DNA of 64,000 nt from the human T2T-CHM13v2.0 reference genome, Homo sapiens: NCBI RefSeq assembly GCF_009914755.1, contig NC_060931.1. One strand, given 5' to 3'. The notes under the pieces were generated by a model. The model was not told where the DNA came from, did no database searches, and worked only from the letters and a program-made list of their open reading frames with translations. The translations under genes were made by a program, and so were the position numbers. How positions within the stretch are numbered: position 1 is the stretch's first letter; each line of letters begins with the position of its first letter. Shown here in pieces: positions 27,750 to 42,396 of the stretch.

Positions 27750-29930
27750 TATTTTTTAAAAAGTTCTTTTCCACTCCTCTGCCCCCATTTCCTGCTCCCC
27801 GAAGCAATCACTTCAATGATTCCAGCTGACTCTTTGGTCATTTACCTCCATAACTCTAAGTAACACACTTATATTGCTACTCCTTGAGTTTTCAATTTTA
27901 AGCATCATCCATTGACTTCCAAGGGATGACGGTCAGAACCATCTCCTCCGAACTGATCCTGCCAATACAGTTTTGTTGTAATTTTAGTTGGATCAATACT
28001 GGGTGTTTACCTCGCTAGATTATATCAATGTTATTTATAACTAAACTCTGTAGTATTCAGTGAGTGCCTCCTACGCCTGTAAACCTTCTTGCTTTCCCTA
28101 GATCTGACACTTATTTCTTTTGCCCAGCTTACGACTAATTATCATGAACTTAGCCCCAAACTCCCCCAACCTTACCTTGCTGTGTAACTCTCCTTTCCAA
28201 ACATTCAAATATATTGGGTATTTATCCATTTCATCTACTTGAAGACAAATTTCTGGGACCTGCGGAGGTGCCCCACTCGACTGGCTGCCTCTAGGTGCAC
28301 AGCTGACCTCTCGGAATGCCCCTGGGCCGTGCGCCTGGAGTGCCTCCACCTCTCTCTCAAGTTGGGGTTTGTAATGCCTCCTTCTTGGTTTACTTCCTCA
28401 TTTTGGCAAAGCGCCTGCCCCAGTTTGATAAAGGATTTGTGGAGACTTGAATATCTCAAAATGACTCAGTTTCACTCATATTTAATCGAAATAGTCTGGC
28501 TAGACATTGAATTATGAGTTGGAAAATATTTTCCTTTGGAATTTGAAAGGCACTACTCTACTGTCTTCTAGCTCCCAATGTGGTTACAAATGTCTGAGGC
28601 CATTCTAATTCTCATTTCTTCGCATGACTCTGTTTCTCTTCCCTGGAAGCTCGTAGGATTTCCTTTGTTCTCAGTTGCTCTGAAATTCTGTGCTGAAAGT
28701 GTAGGTCTATTTTCTTCCAGTGCTCTGGGCAGCTGGCTCTTTCAATCTAGAAAATTACGGCTTTAATTGGCGGGACCTTTTCTTGAATTATTTTGTTGAT
28801 AATTCCCACCTGTTTCTGCTACTCTTTTTCTGGATATTCCTATTATCTGGATGTTGGACTTCCATCCTTCAGTTTTCTTATTCTTTCCCTATTCCCTTCC
28901 ATCCTTTATTTTTATTTTTTTCCCTATTTTCTTTTCTTTTAGCTTTATTTTCTGGGATGTGTGCTTATCCTCCAACACTGCTCCTGAGTCTCTAATTTGT
29001 ACTATTACATTTTTTATTTCCAAGAGTTCCTTTCTATTCCTTTTTTAAAAAACAAGCATTACACTTTTGTGTCATGAATGCATTCACTTATTTGATTTAA
29101 GGATTTTACATGTGAGTATTCATATATACATTTTTCCCTCTCTGCATGGTCTCTGTTCCTCTAAATGTATTTTTTCTGATTTCTTTACTTGTCTCTGTAC
29201 ACCACAGAGTTTTCCCAAATGTCTTCTCATTCTTGGTTGTCCCCGGAGACTTAAAAGGGGACACTCAAGAGAACAGGGAGCTGAGTGCATTTGGGTGAGG
29301 CCTGCTAACTATGGGACTCTGTTTGGCCCATAGGGTGCTTTGGCCAAGTCATTTTACCCAGAAACCTCTTGGGCTGGTCCCAAAAGTCTCCAGATAAGCC
29401 TCTTCAAATATCCTGCCCAGTGGGTTTAATTCTGGGTGTTGGCAACATTTCGGGAGTCGAGTTAGGGAAGAAGGCTGGAGGTCTCAATATCTGCACGTCA
29501 AGTCTCCTTCTTCCCGTTTTCAATATGGTGCCCCACCCTCAACTGTGCCTGGTGCCCATGTCCAGAGAGCCTCCTTTGCACCCTCCCCAGAGAATAAGCC
29601 TGTCACATATCAGGGCTAGGGAAAGGCAGATGCCTGCAGTAGGGACTGAGGGAGGCAATGGGAGCTGAGGGGAGCTTTAAGCGGTCTCTTTAAAAGATGT
29701 TCAGCCAGCTGTCTGTGTTTAGCCTCACTTCATTCCTATTTCCAGGGATCCCTAGAGTCTCTGGTACTATTAACTCTTGAGCCCCAAGCAGGTGTGGGGG
29801 TGCAAATTGGGTTTCTTCTCAGTTTTCCCCAGTACCAATTTCAGATTCAGCTCACCACATCTATCCACCTGCTTCAGGGCTGAAAAACTTCGTTGCTGTT
29901 TCTCCTTTCTTTTTAAAAGTTTCTTCACTC
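27750..29930 (-). mobile_element. Old L1 fragments (antisense)
   Basis: T-rich: gttggaaaatattttcc...ttgaaaggcactactctactgtcttctagc...gtctgaggccattct. Confidence 0.55.
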
Positions 29931-29951
29931 TTGTTTTAGAAGGATTTGGGA

Positions 29952-30235
29952 GGCCGGATGTGGTGGCCTGTAATCCAAGCACTTTGGGAGTCCGAGGCGG
30001 GCAGATTACCTGAGGTTGGGAGTTCAAGACCAGCCTGACCAACATGGATAAACCCCATCTCTACTAAAATACAAAATTAGCCAGGTGTGGTGGCACATGC
30101 CTGAAATCCCAGCTACTGGGGAGGCCGAGGCGGGAAAATCACTTGTATCCTGGAGGCGGAGGTTGCAGTGAGCCAAGATCGCGCCATTGCACTCCGGCCT
30201 GGCAACAAGAGCGAAACTCCATCTCAAAAAAAAAA
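29952..30235 (+). mobile_element. Alu (S-type)
   Basis: TSD gaaggatttggga. Confidence 0.95.
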
Positions 30236-30429
30236 GGAAGGATTTGGGAAGGTGGGAATAAATACATGTTCAATCTGCCCTGCTCAACTCAATCTTTCAT
30301 TGTGTACTGTTTTAAAAAATATATTTTTACTGAATAAGGAGTAATACATGCTCACATCAGAACATTTTAAAAAACATAGAGAAATATGGCTTTGGTATGT
30401 TTCCATCCAGTTTTTTTTTAATCTACTTT

Positions 30430-31840
30430 TGCTTACATCACTGACCTCACTATAGTTACATTTCCCACTTCTACATCCTTAATCCTCCTATCAACTGGAT
30501 CATTCCCATCAACATTTCAAACAAGCTTTAGCAATCCCCATCTTAGGCAAACAAGAATCCCCCCAACTGTCCCATATTTCCACTCCCCCACAGCTACACT
30601 TCTTGAAATGACTGTCAGCACCTGCCATCTCTACTTCCTCGCCTCCCACCTGCTCCTCACCCACTGACTATCAGGCTGCCACCTCCACTAAGGTACCAAC
30701 GTTTGTCTTCCTAAGGTCACTGATGACTTTTAGCTTGCAATCCAATGGACCCTTTTTAGTCTTCCTGTTCCTAAACCACACAGCAGAATACGACACGGTT
30801 GGGCATACTCTCTCCTTCGGGAAGCATCCTTCTCTAGAAATACCCAACAAGGCAGTATCCTAATTCTCCTGCTACCTTTCTGGCCACTCTTTCTGTTTCC
30901 CGTGATTCCTCTGGCTCCTTCTTTTTCCACAACAGTGGTTTTCCACCCTGGCTGCAGATGAAAATCACCTTGGAAGCTAAAAAATACTAACATCTGGGCC
31001 CCATCATGAACAACATATTCCAAATCCCCGAATCTGCCCCAAAAGCCAGGGTTCTGCAGGGCATGGCTTGTGTTCTCCTCTCTTCCCCCTCTACAGACTG
31101 AGCAACCTAATCTAACTCTGCTGCCGACACCCAAATGTCCAAATGTGCCAAGGCCAGATGTCTCTAGCTCAGACCTCGGTTCTGAACTCCAGACTCCTTT
31201 ATTCAGCTGCTTTCTCAACACCTGCTCTTTGATGTCTCACAGGGATCTCAAACCTAATGTGTTCAAAACGGAATTCTCAGTGTTTCTCCAAATCTGAACC
31301 TTACATTACCCTCCCTCTACTCTTACTTAAGCCAGAGGCCTGGGGGCCACCCTTAGCACCTCCCCAGCCCTCCTATTCAACACCCACCAATCCCTAAGGC
31401 CTTCCTAGTCCACTGCCAGAATATATCTTGACAACAGCCACTTCTCTCTCAGGGCGATGCCAAGGTTTCCTACCTGGAAGACGGAAAGAACCTGCAAGTA
31501 GTCTCCTAGCTTCCAGACCATCCCCCCTGCAGTGAGTTCTCTACGGAGCAACCAGAGCCCTACTTAGTCTTCAGGTTTCCACTAGAAATTCCACATCCTC
31601 CAAGAGGCCTTTCTGACTTCCCAAACTCAAGGGCACCTTCCCTGTCGTGTGTCTCGCAGCCCTGGATGCTCTGCGTCTCAGCTTTGTCACAGCTGGTGCC
31701 CGTGCTTTCATCTGTGGGGGGTGTTTTGGTTGTTAATGTCAGTCGCTCCACAGGAGTTAAGTCTGAGGGCAAGGGCCTCAGGGTTAATATAGTTCTTGAC
31801 ACAGTACCTGCTACCAAAGAGATCTGATGAACTAAATAAA
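30430..31840. mobile_element. L2 fragment
   Basis: ctctacttcctcgcctccca, caatccaatggaccc, ctgaactccagactc...ctcaaacctaatgtgttcaaaacggaattc. Confidence 0.75.
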
Positions 31841-32033
31841 CATATGAGTGAAACTTATGGTTTCAAAACTCTTCATAAATGTGATTTTAGTGTGTAACAG
31901 TCTATCATACTGTGATTTATATTTGTACATCTTAATCTATATTTTGGATTCTTTTTCCTGCTAGACTCTCAGGAAGTAAATTATTAGGTCAAATGTAAGA
32001 ACATTTAAAATATTTAAAATATACTTAAAAATA

Positions 32034-32335
<302 letters not shown>

Positions 32336-32446
32336 TATATATATATATATATATAACTATATATAGTTATACATATAGTTATATATATAGTTATACATAT
32401 AGTTATATAGTTATATATATAACTATATATATATATATATATATAG
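32336..32446. repeat. (TA)n-rich quasi-palindromic repeat
   Basis: TA runs interleaved with taacta/tagtta inverted units. Confidence 0.9.
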
Positions 32447-34832
32447 TAAAGAATACATATATATTTTAAGACTAGAAAGCATCAAATTGCTTTCTCGAGA
32501 GACTGAAATGATGAACCCTCTGAGTGGCAATGTCTGAGCACACAGATTTCAGCCATGCCTTCTGGTTCGCTTTACTCTTTGCCAACTTGCTAGGTGAAGA
32601 TGGTGCCTGGCTTCTCTGGCCTCCATGGCCACCCTTTCAAGGCCGTGAATGAATGGGAGCCCCTGTTCTGAGTATTTGGAGGGTTGACATCTGAATCATC
32701 TTTACATCTCTTTGCCCTTGGGAAGCCAACCATTAAATGATAGTTTATTGAATGAATTTACTTAGCCAATTCATAAAATTGTCATGTTTGGTATATTTGG
32801 AATTATGAGAAGTCTCAATTTTCTGGACTTTTACCCCTTTGTCTCATACTTTTGGTCTGGCCCATGGCTGGATTTGCTGCCATTCTGCAAAAGGAGAAGG
32901 CGCTTGGATGGACAGGTTACCACTGGAGTGCTACGGCTCTGATACCTGCAGTTTTGCAGAACCAGCCTGCAATGGCGAGGCCGGGGCCTTTGGTTTAGCA
33001 CAGAGGTGCGAGTGTGCGGCCCACTCTGAGGGGCAGCAGTACCTATGTCCTCCCCTTTCCTCCCACTGCAGACTCCCAGGGCCTGGAGATGGTGACTGGA
33101 ACAAATGACACATTTCAGCCACACAAGGAGGCCTCTGTGAGGCCGCTTCTTCCAGCAGAAGCTCCTGTGGATGTGCATGTGTCAGAACAAACCCAGCCCA
33201 GGACCGAATGGATTTGGGTTATTTGCTTTTCAATTCTGGCCCCATTCTGTGGGAGGCCATCTGTGATGAGGCAGGGAAAAGCAGACAGAGAAAGGGGATC
33301 CATGCTCTTGCATCCAGCCCTTCCAAGAAAATTCTATGAGAGCAGCACCTGAACCGCAAGGCCCCGTTGGGACAGCAGATTGTATTTTAGGATTTTAACC
33401 ACAAATCATCTCTCCTGACTTCTCATTCTCTGCCTCGCAACACTTCTTTCTCATTTCTTCCACCTAGAATCTCTCTATTTCTACTTGACCTTTGCTTTTG
33501 GATGTGGCCACTCAAACCTTTAAGGCTCAGACTGATTTTCCTCAACCAAAAGTTCACCCTGCCATGTGCCACACTGTCACCAATCCCTCATCCTCATCAA
33601 TTTTTAAATTCCTCTTTTCTGTCTGCAGGAAGGAACTCAGGATTAGCCCCTCTCCTCGAGTTAAATTTTAGGCAAATCCATAGAAAGTGACACCACTGGA
33701 TTTCTCTGGGACATGCCAGCACTTGTATTTTTACAGGGTTCTGTCTCTCCCAGAAGTCACCTTCCCACTCAGTACATGGGGCCAACATTACTCCCATGTT
33801 CCTAGAACATCTGCTTGGAGCCAGTTGATAGGTCCCCAAATCAACGACATTAGTTCCTAACAAGACCTGGCTGTTGGCCCCAAACAGAGTTCTCCAGGTG
33901 GATCATCCTCTTTCAGCAGACATGATCGCCAGTAACTCTCAGCTATGTTCACACGCCACACCTGCCCACGAAGGACAAGGATCAGCTTCTGCTGATGACC
34001 ATCAAGATAAGTGATGCAAGTCCAAGGGCAGTTCCAAAGCAGGGGCTTCAGAGAGCAACCATGCACCACAAGAGCGCCTGCAGTGTGAGTGTGTGAGCCA
34101 CTGACCCAGCTGCTGTGAATGGGGCGACCTCCAGGCACACCAACAGCGGCTGGTGTATACTGAGCCACTGCTATGTGCTAATCACTGTGCCAGGCCCTAC
34201 GGTTAGATATTAGTGCCAGTTCTATTTTATAGATGAGGAAACTGAGACTCTGAAAAGATCAAGCAACTGAAATCCCACCCCCAGTAAGCAGAAAAACTAT
34301 ACTCAGATACAGTCAGCCTCACACCAGAGTGTGCACATGAGCCACACGGCCTCTGGTCAGTCTCGCTGGGTGCATATCTGCTGACTCCACCTACATGCTG
34401 TCCTGCTGAAGCTGTGCATGTAGGATGTTTCTGGTAAACTCCATGCCTGCCCCTCATCCCTCCACTGACCACCTGCAGGACTCAGGGATGTGGCCCTTTT
34501 CTCGGAAGTTCCAGGAATTTTAAGCACTAATGACTGCTTGACAAGGGACTGCCTTTCTTTGAGTTTCTTGCTTTATTTCCTACAGAGAGTGAGGTGACAC
34601 TTGGTCATGTCAAAAAATTCCTGAGACAGTGAACCCAACGGCATTCCCATTAATCAACAAGTTGGGCCACTGGTGATCATGGCACTCCAAAGCAGGTCCT
34701 GGCACCTGCGGGCCTCCTTCCTGCTAACATATCCTGGCAGGGCCTACCTTGGATTGTGCTGCCTCATGCTGGCGCTTCCTGAGTACTGAAAGATCTAGAA
34801 TGCAGAGCTGCAGATCACCCTTAGCCACTCAC

Positions 34833-34946
34833 CAGCACTGGGATCTGTCGGCGTTTCGCCCTCCTCAGAGTCTTCCTGCTCCTGCATGGTGGGCCGCTCC
34901 CCGCGCTCCATCTGTGACATGAGGTCTGGTTTGGAAATTGCATAGT
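34833..34946 (-). CDS. ZNF777: ZNF777 KRAB-B exon (114 nt): DYAISKPDLMSQMERGERP...
   Basis: Acceptor ttcttctgcctag|AC, donor GCTG|gtgagt; KPDL...E.GE.P KRAB-B motif; absent from the supplied ORF track. Confidence 0.95.
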
Positions 34947-35242
34947 CTAGGCAGAAGAAAGGGAAAAAAATATGCTCTGGGATGAGGTTGCACTGGATGT
35001 TGTTAAGGTATCATCTGTGGGCACGTGATTCCAGGAGCAGCTCCTCGACTGGAGACCACAACGGAAAACCGCCAAGTCTCCCCTTCTTTTCCCAAGAGCC
35101 CACTGTGGGTGTGGGGGTGTGGGTGTGTGTGTGTGGCGGGGGGTAGAGGGATCGTGTTGCTCAGAGGTAGTCAAAACCTGCCCAGGTTTTCATGATAAAG
35201 GCAGAAGATATTTGAAATTTTGTAAGGTAAAAAACTAATCCT

Positions 35243-35698
<456 letters not shown>

Positions 35699-35819
35699 TT
35701 AATATCCATAGTTATACATAAAGAACTTCTATAACTAGTAAAATTGCAAAGCTATAAATAGGTAATTCATAGAAGAAATATGAATGGCCAATAAATATAT
35801 AAAAAGATGCACAAGTTCA

Positions 35820-36516
<697 letters not shown>

Positions 36517-37946
36517 TCACCTATAAAAAAGGCTAATATTTAAAATAGAAGAACATCAGCTCAGGCCAGGGTATGAAGTGGCATTTTCACACACCCTTGC
36601 AGAAATATCAACTGGCTCAGCCTTCTGGAGGGCACCAGGCAGTAGCCATAAAACTATAAATGTGCATCCTGTTTACTTGGCAATCCCACTTCTTAGTATC
36701 TGTCCTACTGTAACACACAGAAGTGCACAAATACACAGAAATGTTTATCATAACACTTTGTAACAGTCAACCTACTCTTCAGCAACAGCAGACAGGTCAA
36801 AAGCCCTAATGGTTCACGTGGAACACTGCACTGTCTTTCCAAGGAGTCCTACGTGTGCTGACATGGAACACTCTCTATCCCCCTACATTAGGTAAAATAA
36901 GTAAACGGGCCCCTCTGTGCAAACCCCAAACTGCATGTGCCTCAGTGCATGTATCATGCTTATATCTGCACATGCAAAAAAAGATGAGAGAGAACACAGG
37001 CCAAAGTGTTCATGGTGGTTACCTCTGGGGAGTGGTACTGGTGAATGGGTGGTGGTTGCTCTTAATTATATAAATCATTTAAATTGTTGAATTTTCACAA
37101 TTAAAAAACACAATTAAAAAAAGAAAAAAGAATTTTAAAAGGAAGGGAATGTATCCTATGGAAAGGTATGTATAAAATTATCAATTCTAGCTGGAATCAA
37201 AGTTTCTATGTGACAACACATTTAAATGTTTAAGATAACGTTTTTTTGTATATACCCAAAAAGTTCTCCATATCAGAGAAACAGATATATATACACACAC
37301 ACATATATATATGTAAGTAAAGTATATTTTTCCAGGTTTTCATCGTTAAATATTCTTAATTAAAATCACAAGAATCTACAGACTTCGGGGTAAGGCAGAT
37401 CTCCATGAAATAAGCATTTAACCTCCCTGATCACAGCCTCAGTGTTCAGGCACCTGAATCATCGAACAGGAGTGTGAACACCTGTCTTAGCCTCCGCAAC
37501 ATCTTGGCTGTGCAGGTCCAAGGAGATGATACTTGTACAGCACCTCAAATGTGGCTGGTACACAGGAGACACTCAGCACACTTTCCTTTCATTCTTTTTT
37601 CCTTCCTTAATAATAGTTTGCTGGACAAACTAATTTATTTAAAAAGGGGTCCCCATGGGGAAAAATATGATGACGGAGAGACCACTGATGTCTAGGTCTT
37701 TCTCCTCCTCCTTGCCCCAGCAGCTTCTCTGAGAGTGGGGTCTCAATTTACAAGCCATTCTGGCCTGGGCCGCACTGATGTGTGTGGGTATATGAGGGCG
37801 TTTGCTTTAATTTGTTGTGATCTCTACAACTCTGTTCTCCTTGCTTGCAACTATTGGCTCTGCTGGGGTTCAGAACTCCCTAAGTTTATGAATGCACTTT
37901 GAGCTGGCGTCCAGGCAGCCCCCAGCGAGCGAAGGCTTCTCCTTAC

Positions 37947-38073
37947 CCATGGAAACCAGGGACTCGTAGTTGCCCCTCATCACGTTCTTGTAGAGCTCCT
38001 TCTGCCACTCAGACAGGTTTCCCCACTCCTGCTCCGAGAAGTGCACAGCAACATCATCAAATGTGACAGGGAC
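37947..38073 (-). CDS. ZNF777: ZNF777 KRAB-A exon (127 nt): [42 protein letters not shown]
   Basis: Canonical 127-nt KRAB-A exon; acceptor gtttcag|GTC, donor ATGG|gtaagg. Confidence 0.97.
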
Positions 38074-38274
38074 CTGAAACCACACAATAACTCGGCTCAG
38101 ACCCGCTGGAAGGCAGTGACAGGCCCACGGCTGGCCAATCCCAAGGCCCAAACTCCTGGCTCTGGGCCTTCACCTAGGACTTTTCTAGAAGTCTGGCCAC
38201 TGTCCTGGCCCCAAAGAGTGAGGGGCCTGTCTTGTCGGATCCTTTTCCTCCCCTTCAGGATATAATTCTTGCAG

Positions 38275-38420
38275 CTCTAAAGCATGGTCTGTGGACCAGC
38301 AGCAATGGTGCTACCAGGTAACTTGCTCAGACCCCACCTTAGACCTACTAAATAGCTTCTGCATTCAGTAAGATCCCGGGGAGATCCATGTGCACAGTAA
38401 CATTTGAGACATACCGGGCT
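38275..38420. mobile_element. MER5A-like DNA transposon relic
   Basis: ggtctgtggaccagcagc...ctcagaccccaccttagacctact...tgcacagtaacatttgaga. Confidence 0.7.
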
Positions 38421-39012
38421 AGAGAACAGAGTCTGTTTTCTCCCTACATATGGCTGTGAAAGGGGGCAGCAGCACTGAAGAAGAGAAAGCAAGCCAGTCC
38501 ACACTCAAGCTCTTTCAGAACCTTCTGGAAAATAATATGGAAACCTAACTTCTCTAGCTTTTGAAAGGAAACATCTTGAAATCAGTTTTCCTGGCACTAA
38601 CATGGCTTATAAGTGAACTCATAAAAATGTGGAGTGGGACAGATCCTTGTGATGTTTAACCCAAGCTCCTTCCTCTGCTGCAATTGTGAAGCTAATGCAC
38701 CCTCAGTGACTGATGGTAAAGCCTCTCCACGGCTCTCATCGGCCTTCGCTTTGCCTTCGTAGTCTCTCACACCATGGACAGCTCTGCTGAACACCCTTCC
38801 AAACTGACAATCCCCGATCCCAGGGGCATTTCTGTACTAGCCTATACTCTCATCAACAGGAGAAATAATTTGATTTTGGCATGTCCTAGCAACTGGGATC
38901 ACTGTATTTTTTCCTTTATCAACCACCCCTTTCTTTCATATTACACTACATTCCTAAACCACACTCCAATTCAGATCACTTCCTTGGGAAGCCCCAGTTG
39001 GGATGTGCTTAC

Positions 39013-39858
39013 CTTGGGAACTTCTCCATTGCTGCCGGGGGGCAGCCGCAGGATCCAGAAATTTCTGTTTTTCAGCAGGTTCTCCATGTTCTCCAGCCGC
39101 CTCTGCAGCAGCCCATACTCCTGCAGCAGGGTCCCCAACACGACCCACTTGCTCTCCAGATGGTTCGCGAACTCCACGGCTGTCTTCTCGCAGTCGGCTA
39201 TCTTCTTTTCATTTGTCCCCGTCCTGCCTTCCAGGGTCAGTAGCCTCATGGCCTGGGCCTCCAGCTTCCTCTCCACTGCTTGGACGGCAGCCCACACAGC
39301 CAAGCGGGTGATCTCTGCCGTGGGGAGCGGCTGTTCCTTCTGGACTGCAGAAGAGATCTGGAAAGGGGTGTCCTTTTGGGAAACCGGGCTCTGGAGCAGC
39401 GGGTCCATGTCAGTCTCGGGAACTGTTGGGGAAAGGGTCAGGGGGTCTTTCTCAGGAGCTTCAGGGGAGTGAACGGGGGCTTCCTGGTGGTGGGGGGAGT
39501 GGGAGAGAAGGGAGGCTTCTTGTTCAGCAGCAGCTGGGGGTGGATACTGGGTCCCTTCCTGGGAAGCCAGGGGGCCCTGGAGAGAAGTCTCTTGCTCAGA
39601 AGCGGCAGAACACAGGAGTGAGGGTCCCTTCTGGAGCACATGTGGCATCCAGCCAGAAGTCTCTTGCTTGGGAGCACTGGAAGTTTGGGGCAGGGAGCCT
39701 TGACGGGGAATGGTGGGAGACAAAGAAGGAATTTCTTTGGGAGGAAGAACGCGGGATTGGAACAGAGTTTCTCGGGGGAGTCCAGCAGGGGCCTGACGTA
39801 AGGTTTCTTCTTGTGGAACACTGGGGAACGACAGAGGTGATGAGCGTTGGTTCTCCAT
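39013..39858 (-). CDS. ZNF777: ZNF777 first annotated coding exon (exon begins at 39873): Pro/Ser/Gln/Glu-rich N-terminus plus DUF3669
   Basis: ATG at 39858 (MENQRSS...); [12 protein letters not shown]...LEGRTG...[30 protein letters not shown] is the DUF3669 signature; acceptor acacag|GTT, donor CCCAAG|gtaagc; the five exons total 831 codons plus stop. Confidence 0.97.
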
Positions 39859-41949
39859 GTCCAGCTGCTGAACCTGTGTTCATGGAAGAAAGGAAAAGAG
39901 GATTAAAGGCCACAGTCTCCAGCTAGCAAAATAAAACCCAAAGACAAGTATACACATAAAAAGTGCTTCCGTTTGGTAGCAATAATATGTGCCCCTCATA
40001 TGTGAATCTCTTCTAGAGACCACAGCACCAATTTAGACATCAATTATACCACTATTATGAACCGCAAATGAAAGATGATTATGCTACCTTTTGTTTCTCA
40101 CAGAGCCATCTCCTTTTTCACAACATACATTGCACGGGTACCTTACGAACAGCAGTGTGGGAGAGCGGAAGGGTGCTGGACTCCTGTTAGAGCTTTTGGC
40201 CCTGTCTACACCTATTGCCACCTGTGTCACTCTGGATCGGTCGTTTGACCTCTCTGTTCTTAGTGTCCTGTGTCCTCATCCATAAAACGAGGATAATAAT
40301 ATCTGACACACACACTACCTGAGTTGTTGAAGCACTGAACATAAAACTTTGAGAAACAAAAGAGCAGAATTTTGTAAAAGCCAAGCACTTACTATCCCAC
40401 ATCTCCCAGCAGGGGTGGGGGGCTCACCAGCAGGGGCCAGAACTGTTAATGTTCTTAACTGGAAGGTGGACTTGGCATCCAGCCACCACCACTTCTACCA
40501 GCATTAGGCCTTTGTGGTGCCCTGGGTTCCTTCCTTCGCTTGGTCCAAAAGTGAGGACATGACATTATCTGAAGTTTCCCAGACTCTTACTCTTTGATAA
40601 CAGTTGCATTGCAGACTCATATCAATGAGTCAGTATGGTATATGTATGTTTGACTTGGAAACATCTTCTATGTGCCCGGCCCCTGCTGTAGAGGCTGAAC
40701 GGGCTTCTGGGTATTCTGGCCTGGCTTCTGCTATAAGCAGAGCGAGACATCGAGGCAGGTGAAGGCAGGCAATTCAACCACTCCTAGGAGTGGGCAGCAG
40801 TCCATTGCAACAGGTGTGCTCAGGTGGTCTGGGTTCCACCCTGGGGTTTCCGACATGGGGAATGAGGAAGTAGTGAGGCCTGGAAGGATGGGGAAGTAGA
40901 GCAGAAGTCAGCTGGACTGGTGACTTGTATCCAGATTTGGGGGGACTAGACCAACATAAAGACTTGGAGTCCTTCTGGGATCTCAATGACCCACGCTCTC
41001 CTTGTTCCTCACCCTGCCATACTCACATCGAGAGAATTCCTGAATCACTGGGGAGGCGAAGCCACGATCTTCTGTGAGTAACTAGTTATGTATTTACCTA
41101 GATCATCAGTATCTTTATTGGAACCTAACACAATTTCTCCTGTAACAATTTCTGTCCACTCCCTCATCATCTTCCTTCAGTCAATCTGCTCAGTCACTAT
41201 GCTCTATATCCAAGTGGTCTTTAATTAAAATTTCAATTTTCTTCCGTTGAAAATTGGCATAGCCCCAGTGTTCAGTCTGACATATAGTATGTGTTCGATA
41301 AATGCCGGCTGAAGAGTAAATTGTTGAGTTACAAAAAAATTATTAGGATAAACAATGACGTTCCTTTAGTCACCTATCAGAGACTTATCTAAAGCAATTC
41401 CATATCTTCTACAGCTTTTTTCTTTTATTGGTTCATTTATAGGTGACTTAACTGTGACAGCATCACACTTTTAAGCCACGGATTGAATATTCAAGATCCT
41501 ATTCACAAAAGGTTTTTGAGATAGTATCGTCTAATAGCCTCTGCCGCGAACCAGACATGAGCGCTAATCAGCTGAGAATGGCTAACAATTATCCAGCATT
41601 TATTATGTGCCATGAGCTGTGTTAAGCATTTTAAAGGATTATCTCATTTAATCCTCACAAAATCTATGAAACAGGTACTACTAGAGTTACTATCCATACT
41701 TAGTACAGGAAGACACTGGGGACAGGAGAGGCTAAGCAACTTGCCCCAGGTCACCCAGTGGTCTGGTTCCACAGCCTGCAGGCTACCTTGAGGCCTTAAC
41801 TGTCAACTGAGGCAGCTGGCCAGGCAGGTGTGTGCTCTGAATCCTTTTTACCTCTAAAATCCCGAGGCCTGGATATTATTTATACACAAAGACCTGTGGC
41901 AGGTTTGATAGGGTTGGGAGAGGTGGGGAGGAAGGCCTTGCCTTTAGAG

Positions 41950-42110
41950 ATATTATCATTTAAGTTGGGGTCAGGGACCTCTTTGAAAACCTAATGAAAG
42001 TTTTGGGTTCTTGTCCTCAAAAAAGACAAAAGGGCACATACACAGAATTTTGCAGACATCTTCAAGGAGCTCACAGACCCCTAAACCTGCAGGCTCATCA
42101 ACAGCTAAGC
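41950..42110. mobile_element. hAT-Charlie relic (MER117-like), next to a MIR at about 41580-41790
   Basis: gacctctttgaaaacctaatgaaag...cacatacacagaattttgcagacatcttcaaggagctcacagacccc. Confidence 0.55.
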
Positions 42111-42338
42111 CACCTCTGAACTCTTCATTCCCTGTGAAGGAAGCGCTGGGGGCCCTGGAGGCTAGGCGCCTGGCTCTCAGGGAAAGTGACTGCCTAACGC
42201 AACACAATAGGCACATTACAGCCCTTGCCTTAGAGGGAGATTAGGGTATCTGCCTAGCACTAGAAAGAAGAAGAGGAAAAAATCCCTGGGGAGCAAGTTA
42301 GTCTCTCTGAGTAATGCAGAGGTTTAACTGAAACAATG

Positions 42339-42396
42339 AAACAAAACAAAACAAAACAAAACAAAACAAAACAAAACAAAACAAAACAAAACAAAA
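42339..42396. repeat. (AAAAC)n microsatellite
   Basis: Read directly from sequence. Confidence 0.95.

Noticed and set aside
38774-39472. 232-aa antisense ORF over ZNF777 exon 2
   Set aside because: In-register antisense of DUF3669 with no independent coding features
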